Below are positions 8,515 to 15,330 of a stretch of 64,000 nucleotides of DNA, in pieces. The position numbers were made by a program, and so were the translations under genes. Source of the DNA: Desulfarculus sp. Lineage in GTDB: Bacteria > Desulfobacterota > Desulfarculia > Desulfarculales > Desulfarculaceae. The stretch lies in the NCBI GenBank assembly GCA_003605055.1, contig QZKP01000018.1:40644-104643 (forward strand). Direction: 5' to 3'. The notes under the pieces were generated by a model that was not told the origin of the DNA, searched no databases, and saw only the letters and a list, made by a program, of their open reading frames with translations. Within the stretch, counting starts at the first letter, position 1, and each line of letters begins with the position of its first letter.

Positions 8515-9579
8515 TTACATCCATTTGCGGGTCTTGAAAAAGACAAGCAGGCCGCCGGCCACAGCGGCCATCAAGGCCACCACCGCTGGATAGGCCCAGA
8601 CCATCTCCAACTCCGGCATGTGCTTGAAGTTCATGCCGTACAGGCTGGCGATGAAGGTGATGGGGATGAAGATGGTGGCGATGATGGTCAACAGCTTCAT
8701 CACCTCATTCATGCGGTTGTTGATGCTGCTCAGATACAGGTCGGACAGGGCGGAGAGGTTTTCGCGCAGGCTCTCCAGGATGTCGATGGCCTGGATGACG
8801 TGGTCGTGCAGGTCGCGCAGGTAGGGGGCGATGCTTTCGCTGACCAGGTGCGGGTACTCCCGCAGCAGGGCGCTGGATATCTCCCGCAGGGGCATCAGCG
8901 CGCGGCGCAGTTGCAGCGCCAGCCTTTTTTTGCGGTACAGCTCCTGCAAGGTGTCGGTGGTGGGCTGGATCATCACCGATTCCTCGATTTCCTCCATCTG
9001 GTCGCCCACCGTTTCCAGCAGCAGGAAATAGTTGTCCACCACCACGTCCAGCATGGCGTAGGCTAGATAATCCGGGTCCATGTTCCGGATGCGGCCGCGG
9101 CCGTTGGCGATCCTCTTGAGCAGCGCGGCGAACAGCTCGCTGGGCTCCTCCTCAAAGGACAGGATGAACCCCCGGCCCAGCACCAGGCTCACCTGCCGGA
9201 TGCGCAGGGAATTCTCCTCCTCGCCCGGAGCGATGGCCTTGCAGACCAGGAACAGGTAGTCCTCGAAGTCCTCCAGCTTGGGGCGCTGATAGGTGTTGAG
9301 CACGTCCTCCATGGCCAGGCGGTGGACCCCGAACATGTCGCCGAGGTCCTGCAGGGTCTCTACGTCTCCCAGGCCCTGCACGCGGAACCATTTGCACCCC
9401 GGCGCCGACTTCAGGGCCTCCACCTCATCCAGGTTGACCCGCGGCACCTGGCGGTACTCTTTGGCGTCGTAGGTCATCACGGAGATGGTGGTGGTCTGTT
9501 GCCGAGGCCGGCCTACGTGGCTTAGGGTGCCCGGGGACAGTGCTGTTTTTGGGGAAAAACTGTCCGAGGTGCTCTGCAT
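8515..9579 (-). CDS. corA: Magnesium/cobalt transporter CorA
   Basis: YGMNF motif before the last TM helix (ASLYGMNFKHMPE). Start chosen at ATG 9579 because GGAGGA lies 6 nt upstream. The ORF extends to 9660. Confidence 0.85.
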   Translation of the reverse strand: MQSTSDSFSPKTALSPGTLSHVGRPRQQTTTISVMTYDAKEYRQVPRVNLDEVEALKSAPGCKWFRVQGLGDVETLQDLGDMFGVHRLAMEDVLNTYQRPKLEDFEDYLFLVCKAIAPGEEENSLRIRQVSLVLGRGFILSFEEEPSELFAALLKRIANGRGRIRNMDPDYLAYAMLDVVVDNYFLLLETVGDQMEEIEESVMIQPTTDTLQELYRKKRLALQLRRALMPLREISSALLREYPHLVSESIAPYLRDLHDHVIQAIDILESLRENLSALSDLYLSSINNRMNEVMKLLTIIATIFIPITFIASLYGMNFKHMPELEMVWAYPAVVALMAAVAGGLLVFFKTRKWM

Positions 9580-9753
9580 TAACCATCCTCCCTCCCCAAG
9601 GCCGAGGGTCACCTTATCCATGATAGCAGCTTTCGACGTTAGACGTGGAGGGCTGGCCATTTATACATCTGCGGCCCGGCCATGGCCGCCGCTTGCCGGG
9701 CCAGGAGAATTGCAACGGCCCCCCGGAAGGGAGGGCTGTTTTCGCGGCCGGGC

Positions 9754-11151
9754 CTAGCCCTCCAGGGCCATCTTGCCCGGGTTGAGAATGTTATTGGGGT
9801 CGAACAGCCGCTTGAGTCTGGCCATGATCTCCAGGGACACCGCGTCGTGCTCCAGCCCCATGTAGGGCGCCTTGGCCAAGCCTATGCCGTGCTCACCGGT
9901 GAGGGTGCCGCCCAGGCCGATGATTCTCTCGAATAGCTCGGCCGAGGCCTTATGCACGCGGGCCACCTCCTCGGCGTTGGTGCCGTCGAAGCTGATGGCC
10001 GGGTGCAGGTTGCCGTCGCCCACGTGGCCCACGGTGGGGATCTTCAGGTTGTACTTGCGGCCGATCTCGGAGATTACCCCGAGCGCGTCGGCCAGGCGGC
10101 TGATGGGCACCGCCAGGTCTTCCACGATCAGGTTGTTGTTGATGCGGGTGCTCACCGCGTAGGAGCTCTTGCGGGCGGTCCACAGGGCCTTGGCCTCCTC
10201 GGCCGAGGCGGCCTCGCGCACGCTGGAGGCGTTGCAGGCCTTGAACACCTCGATGACCTTGGCTATCTGCTGGGCGGCCTCCTCGGCGGTGTAGCCGTCG
10301 GTCTCGGCCAGCAGGATGGCGTCCACCTCGGGCAGGTTCAGGTCCGTGTTCTCGTTGATGGCCACCAGGGTCAGGCGGTCCACGATCTCCAGCACGCTGG
10401 GCAGCACGCCCGCTTTGAGGACGCGGCTCACAACCCGCCCGGCGTCCTCCAGGCTCTCGAAGGTGGCCAGGGCGGTGGCGCTGTAGGGCGGCTTGGGGTT
10501 GATCTTCAGCGCGATCTTGGTCACCACCCCCAGGGTGCCCTCCGAGCCCACGAACAGGTGAGTCAGGTCGTAGCCGGAGACGGACTTGATGCACTCGGAG
10601 CCGGTGTTCAGGGTGCGCCCGTCGGGCAGCACCACCTGCAGGGCCAACACGTAGTCCTTGGTGGTGCCGTACTTGGCCCCCTTGACCCCGCCGGCGTTGG
10701 TGGCCACGTTGCCGCCCAGGGTGCAGACCTTGCCCGAGGCCGGGTCCGGCGGGTAGAAGAAGCCGTGGGGCTCCAGGGCCTGTTGCAGGGTGGCATAGAC
10801 CACCCCCGGCTCCACCACGGCCACCCGGTCATCAATGCTGATCTTGAGGATGCGGTTCATGCGGGCCATGTCCAGCACCAGCCCCCCCTGCGCGGGCACG
10901 GCCAAGCCGCACAGACCGGTGCCCGCGCCCCGGGGTATCACCGGGAAGCGCTCCTGGTTGGCCAGCCTGAGGATATCCGACACCTGCTGGGCGGTGGTCG
11001 GCCACGCCGCGGCGTCGGGCCGGTGGCGGTGCTCCGAGGCGTCGCTGGCATAGGAGACCATGTCTATCAGCTTGTCGGTGAAGTTGTCGGGGCCGACGAT
11101 GTCCCTCAGGGCCTGTTTGATCTTTTCATCCACGACGCTCTCCTGTTGCAT
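9754..11151 (-). CDS. FAD-linked oxidase (GlcD / D-lactate dehydrogenase-like)
   Basis: FAD-binding PCMH domain (PRGAGTGLCG) and C-terminal GTLTGEHGIGLAK. Start set at MQQESVVDEKIKQAL. The longer ORF begins with TTG at 11241. Confidence 0.85.
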   Translation of the reverse strand: MQQESVVDEKIKQALRDIVGPDNFTDKLIDMVSYASDASEHRHRPDAAAWPTTAQQVSDILRLANQERFPVIPRGAGTGLCGLAVPAQGGLVLDMARMNRILKISIDDRVAVVEPGVVYATLQQALEPHGFFYPPDPASGKVCTLGGNVATNAGGVKGAKYGTTKDYVLALQVVLPDGRTLNTGSECIKSVSGYDLTHLFVGSEGTLGVVTKIALKINPKPPYSATALATFESLEDAGRVVSRVLKAGVLPSVLEIVDRLTLVAINENTDLNLPEVDAILLAETDGYTAEEAAQQIAKVIEVFKACNASSVREAASAEEAKALWTARKSSYAVSTRINNNLIVEDLAVPISRLADALGVISEIGRKYNLKIPTVGHVGDGNLHPAISFDGTNAEEVARVHKASAELFERIIGLGGTLTGEHGIGLAKAPYMGLEHDAVSLEIMARLKRLFDPNNILNPGKMALEG

Positions 11152-11319
11152 AGGGCCGCGCTGGTTTTTGGTGGCCACCAGACTAGCATAAATTTCGCTT
11201 CTTGCCCCCGGGCAGTTGCCGGCGAGACCGTCCTCGGGCAAAAATTCTGCCCGCTCGGTTGCCCGCCCGCGCGCGGCGGCGTAACTTTAAAAATTATCCC
11301 TCGTGCGCGGAGGCGGCAA

Positions 11320-11880
11320 ATGGGCCACGGGCCAAAGGCCAGAAGGTTCGCATCGGCGGTGGTGAGCCCTGTAATGCTCTTTTGGCTGCTATCCCTGGCC
11401 TGGCTGGCCCTGCCAGGGGCCTACGCCCGGGCCGAGCCCAGCGACCAGGAGAAGCTTAAGGCCGTCTACAAAATGTACGCAGACTACAAAGCCGATTTTC
11501 CCGGGGTGCCCGACGTATCCCCTAAGCAGGCCATGGAGCTGCTGAAGCAGGGCCAGGTGGTGTTCGTGGACGCCCGGCCCGCGGACGAGCGCCAAGTGGC
11601 CATGCTGCCCCAGGCCATCTCCCAGGAGGAGTTCCTACGGGACCCGGCCAAGTACCGCGAAAAGACGGTCATTGCCTATTGCACCATCAGCTACCGCAGC
11701 GGGGTGCTGGCCAGCAAGCTGCGCAAGAAGGGCGTGGAGATATACAACCTGCGGGGCGGCCTGTTGGCCTGGGTGCACGAGGGCGGCAAGGTCTACGATC
11801 AGAAGGGCCCCACCAAGCGCATCCACGTGTACGGCCGGCGCTGGAACCTGCCGCCCAAGGGCTACGAGGCGGTTTGGTAG
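11320..11880 (+). CDS. Secreted rhodanese-like domain protein
   Basis: GGAGG lies 6 nt before ATG 11320. Signal peptide (LLSLAWLALPGAYA), then a rhodanese active-site loop (YCTISYRSG) and NLRGGLLAW. The upstream part of ORF 9952-11880 is antisense to glcD and not credible. Confidence 0.8.
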   Translation: MGHGPKARRFASAVVSPVMLFWLLSLAWLALPGAYARAEPSDQEKLKAVYKMYADYKADFPGVPDVSPKQAMELLKQGQVVFVDARPADERQVAMLPQAISQEEFLRDPAKYREKTVIAYCTISYRSGVLASKLRKKGVEIYNLRGGLLAWVHEGGKVYDQKGPTKRIHVYGRRWNLPPKGYEAVW

Positions 11881-12200
11881 GCGGCCGTCCTCGTATTACG
11901 CGGCCACGAAGAACGGGCCAGGCTGAGTTGCCCGGGCTGGCTCGCGCCGCCAGCCGCGATCTGGCCGGGGGCCTACTGTGCCGAAGTGATTTGCGGCTAG
12001 AGCCGCCTCATAGGGGTGAGTGGCCTCCTGGCCGCAATGGGCGCCGAGCCTAGAAGGGACGCGCGGCGGCGGCCGACACGCCAGCTATGCCCATAGCCGG
12101 CGCTACGCTGAGGCCAACACCCAGGTGCTCCGGTCGCGTCTAGAGGACCAGTGCGGAACTTTAGGCGCAAAAAATAAATGTCCGGTCAGTGTCCGGTGCA

Positions 12201-12233
12201 GAAAGCCCCACCCCCTGTTTCAGGGGGTGGGGC
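12201..12233 (-). terminator. Intrinsic terminator downstream of tRNA-Val
   Basis: Perfect 12-bp stem GCCCCACCCCCT/AGGGGGTGGGGC with a 5-nt loop (12205-12233). It is followed on the minus strand by TTTC. The short T-run lowers confidence. Confidence 0.6.
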
Positions 12234-12252
12234 TAACTGATTGAAATGCTTT

Positions 12253-12327
12253 TGGTAGGCCGGAGGGGATTTGAACCCCTGACTTCCACCGTGTGAGGAT
12301 GGCACTCTCCCGCTGAGTTACCGGCCT
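12253..12327 (-). tRNA. tRNA-Val (anticodon CAC)
   Basis: Hand-folded 75-nt cloverleaf on the minus strand. Acceptor AGGCCGG/CCGGCCT, D arm ACTC-AGCGGGA-GAGT. Anticodon arm CCATC-CTCACAC-GGTGG, T arm AGGGG-TTCAAAT-CCCCT. Discriminator A and encoded CCA. Confidence 0.88.
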
Positions 12328-13132
12328 ATTTTTTTTGTCCGCGCCGGCTTGCACCAGTGCGGCGCGATTTTTTTACACCATGCGCTCCGGGTTTGCAACC
12401 GGTTCTTGGTGTGGCCGCCTCGCGCAGGGCCTGCACCTCGGCCCGGGTGAGGGGCCGGGCCGCGCCGGCGGGCATCTCTCCCAGGCGCAGAGGGCCCAGG
12501 CCCACCCGCAGCAGGCGACGCACCGGGTGGCCCACGGCCCGGCACATGAGCCTGATCTCGCGCTTGCGCCCCTCCAGGAGCACAAAGGAAAGCTTGCTGC
12601 CCTGGTGGCCGCCGCCCTTGAGCCCCACCCGGGCCGGCGCGGTGGCCTGGCCGTCCAACTCCACGCCGCTGCGCAGCCGCTCCAGGGCCGCGGCCGAGGG
12701 CCGGCCCTCCACCCAGACCAGGTAGCGCTTGGCCACCTGGTGGCGCGGGTGCATCAGTTGATGGGCCAGTTCGCCGTCGTTGGTCAGCAGCACCAGGCCT
12801 TCGGAGTTCAGGTCCAGCCGCCCCACGGGGTACAATCGGCTTTTGACCTCCGGCGGCAGCAGGTCCACCACTTTGGTGCGTCCCTGGGGGTCGTCCACGG
12901 TGCAGATCACGCCTGCGGGCTTGTGCACCAGCCAGTACTCCAGGCCCTCGCGCCGGGGCAGGGGCCGGCCGTCCAGGGTGATCACCTGCTGCTGGGGGTC
13001 GGCCTTGGCGCCCAGCTCGCTGACCACCTGGCCGTCCACCGCCACCCGGCCGGCCTGGATCATCTCCTCGGCTGCGCGGCGGCTGGCCAGGCCCGCCCGG
13101 GCCAGAATTTTTTGCAGACGCTCCTGGGCCAT
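12326..13132 (-). CDS. rluB: 23S rRNA pseudouridine synthase (RluB/RsuA family) with S4 domain
   Basis: MAQERLQKILARAGLASRR (S4 domain). Catalytic motif VGRLDLNSEGLVLLTNDG. Basic C-terminal tail. Confidence 0.88.
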   Translation of the reverse strand: MAQERLQKILARAGLASRRAAEEMIQAGRVAVDGQVVSELGAKADPQQQVITLDGRPLPRREGLEYWLVHKPAGVICTVDDPQGRTKVVDLLPPEVKSRLYPVGRLDLNSEGLVLLTNDGELAHQLMHPRHQVAKRYLVWVEGRPSAAALERLRSGVELDGQATAPARVGLKGGGHQGSKLSFVLLEGRKREIRLMCRAVGHPVRRLLRVGLGPLRLGEMPAGAARPLTRAEVQALREAATPRTGCKPGAHGVKKSRRTGASRRGQKK

Positions 13133-13143
13133 GGACCCTCCCC

Positions 13144-13866
13144 TCAAGCCGGTTGCGGCTCTGGTTCTGGCTCTGGCTCTGGCTCAGGCTCGTATTCGGG
13201 TTCAGGGCCTGGTTCCGTCTCGGGCTCGGTCTCGTAATCGGGGTCGGCCGGGGGTTCTGACATCGCCGCCAGGGGCAGCTCGGCCAGGTCCTCCAGGGAG
13301 GGCCGAGGCTCGGCCAGGGGCAGGGTGGGGGCCTTGTCGGCCAGAGTCTGCTCGCCCTCGGCCAGGGACTCCATCTCCTCCACGGTGGGCAGGTCCTTGA
13401 GGTCCTTGAGGTCGAACACCTCCAGAAAGCGCTTGGTGGTGGCATAGACCAGGGGCCGGCCGGGCAGGTCCTTGCGGCCGGCCACCTTGATCAGGCCCTT
13501 TTCCATGAGCATCCGGAGGATGCCGCCCACCTCCACCCCGCGGATCTGCTCGATCTCGGCCTTGAGCACCGGCTGCTTATAGGCCACGATGGCCAGGGTC
13601 TCCAGGGCGGCCTGGGACAGGCGGGTCACCTGCTGCCGCCGCAGCCGGCGCAGCCAATAGGCATGCTCGGTCCGGGTGCGCAGGCTCCAGCCGCCGGCCA
13701 CGGGCACCAGCTCAAAGGAGCGCTGCATCTGCTGGTATTCCTGCTGCAACTCAGTGAGGGCCTGCTGCACCGAGGCCTGTTCCTTGGTCTCCAGCACCTG
13801 GCAGAGCTGGGCCAGGCTCAGCGGAGACTCGGCCGCGAACAGCAGGGCCTCCAGGATGCGCTTCAT
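13144..13866 (-). CDS. scpB: Segregation and condensation protein B with acidic Glu/Pro-rich C-terminal tail
   Basis: MKRILEALLFAAESPLSL..., IRGV, GRKDLPGRPLVYATT. Start at ATG 13866, just after the scpA stop. The tail reads ...EPEYEPEPEPEPEPEPQPA. Confidence 0.88.
   Translation of the reverse strand: MKRILEALLFAAESPLSLAQLCQVLETKEQASVQQALTELQQEYQQMQRSFELVPVAGGWSLRTRTEHAYWLRRLRRQQVTRLSQAALETLAIVAYKQPVLKAEIEQIRGVEVGGILRMLMEKGLIKVAGRKDLPGRPLVYATTKRFLEVFDLKDLKDLPTVEEMESLAEGEQTLADKAPTLPLAEPRPSLEDLAELPLAAMSEPPADPDYETEPETEPGPEPEYEPEPEPEPEPEPQPA
13156..13236. repeat. Degenerate hexanucleotide tandem repeat (GGCTCT/GGTTCT/GGCTCG...) encoding the ScpB Glu-Pro tail
   Basis: Read directly: cggctctggttctggctctggctctggctcaggctcgtattcgggttcagggcctggttccgtctcgggctcggtctcg. 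Confidence 0.8.
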
Positions 13867-13874
13867 GTCCTGGC

Positions 13875-14645
13875 TCACGCCTCGGCCTCCTCGGCGGACT
13901 CCGCGGGCCGGAAGTAGATGCGCAAGGGGCCCCATTTGACGCCGCCTCCGGCCACCACCTCCAGCCGTTCCTGATAGACCTTGATCAGCCCCAGGCGGGC
14001 CAGCTCCAGCAGGGACAAAAAGGTGACCACCAGTTGGGCCCGGCCGCGGTCGCCGGCGAAGCACTCCTCAAAGGTAAGGGTCTGGCGCAGGCGCAGGCGC
14101 TCCAGAATCTGGCCCATGCGCTCTTCCACCGAAACCCGCTCGCCGGGCAGCGCCAGCACCAGTTGCTGGTTGCGCCGGGTCATGAGCTGGCGGAAGGCCT
14201 CGATAAGCTCGAAGACGCCGACCTGAATCACCTCTTCCTGGCCGGTCAGGGCGCGCTCCACCTCGACCCGGCCGCCCCCCCGGCCGAACACGTCCCGGCC
14301 CAGCCAGGGCCGCCCCTCCAATTGCCCGGCCGCCTCCTTGATGCGCATGTGCTCCTTGAGCCGTTCCACCAGGTCCGTGCGCGGGTCCTCGGCCTCCTCG
14401 TCCTGGGAGGCGTCGTAGCTGGGCAGGAGCATGCGGCTCTTGATGTGGGTCAGGGTGCTGGCCATGACCAGGAACTCGCCGGCCACGGATATGGACAGAT
14501 CGTGCATCAAATCCAGGTATTCCAGGTACTGCTTGGTGATCAGGGCCACCGGGATGTCGTAGATGTCCACCTCGTTCTTGCGGATCAGGTGCAGCAGCAG
14601 GTCCAGGGGGCCTTCAAAAATCTCCAACTTTACTGCTACTTCCAT
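13875..14645 (-). CDS. scpA: Segregation and condensation protein A
   Basis: MEVAVKLEIFEGPLDLLLHLIRKNEVDIYDIPV is the canonical ScpA N-terminus. Internal start at 14645 chosen over the ORF start at 14714. Confidence 0.88.
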   Translation of the reverse strand: MEVAVKLEIFEGPLDLLLHLIRKNEVDIYDIPVALITKQYLEYLDLMHDLSISVAGEFLVMASTLTHIKSRMLLPSYDASQDEEAEDPRTDLVERLKEHMRIKEAAGQLEGRPWLGRDVFGRGGGRVEVERALTGQEEVIQVGVFELIEAFRQLMTRRNQQLVLALPGERVSVEERMGQILERLRLRQTLTFEECFAGDRGRAQLVVTFLSLLELARLGLIKVYQERLEVVAGGGVKWGPLRIYFRPAESAEEAEA

Positions 14646-14655
14646 AGGTTCCGCC

Positions 14656-15330
14656 CTAAAGGGGTAGGAGCAGGTCAATAATGGCCTGGGCAGGATATAG
14701 TACCAGATATCCAATGATATTGGGCAGACCCGGCAGGAAGCGGGGCAAAAAAATCAGCCCCAGCAGGATCAGGAAGCCGTAGCGGGCAAACTGCTGGTAG
14801 TGCAGGGCCGCCCGGGGGCTGAGCAGGCCGGTGAGGATGCCCGAGCCGTCCAGGGGCGGCAGGGGTATCAGGTTGAAGAAAGCCAAGACTACGTTCACGG
14901 TGATGCCCAGGATCAGCATTTCGCCCAAGAACCATTTCCACAGGGCGTACTCGGTGAAAAGCCCCAGGTGGATCAGTCCGGCCAGCACCAGGGAGATCAG
15001 CACCGCGAAGGCCAGGTTGCTCACCGGCCCCGAGGCCGAGATCCAGATCATGTCCCGCCGGGGGTCGCGCAGGCGGCGGCCGTCCACCGGCACCGGCTTG
15101 GCCCAGCCGAAGCCGGCCCCGAACCAGGCGGTGACGAAGAAGACCAGGGTGCCGGCCAGGTCCAGGTGCCTTATGGGGTTCAGGGACAGGCGGCCGGCCT
15201 GCTTGGCCGTGGGGTCCCCGCGCAGCCAGGCCACCAGGGCGTGGGAGGCCTCGTGCACGGTCAGGGCCATGAGGATGGGCGGCGCCAGGAGCACCAGACG
15301 CCACAGGAAATCGGTGATGAACTGACTCAT
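14656..15330 (-). CDS. Site-2 protease family (peptidase M50) membrane metalloprotease
   Basis: HEASHALVA zinc motif, multiple TM segments, NLIPLPPLDG motif. ATGA overlap with the upstream gene. Confidence 0.88.
   Translation of the reverse strand: MSQFITDFLWRLVLLAPPILMALTVHEASHALVAWLRGDPTAKQAGRLSLNPIRHLDLAGTLVFFVTAWFGAGFGWAKPVPVDGRRLRDPRRDMIWISASGPVSNLAFAVLISLVLAGLIHLGLFTEYALWKWFLGEMLILGITVNVVLAFFNLIPLPPLDGSGILTGLLSPRAALHYQQFARYGFLILLGLIFLPRFLPGLPNIIGYLVLYPAQAIIDLLLPL

Noticed and set aside
13156-13236. Short tandem repeats as a possible CRISPR or minisatellite locus
   Set aside because: The units are only 6 nt with no spacers. They lie inside the scpB reading frame, encoding a Glu-Pro tail. 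This is not a CRISPR array.
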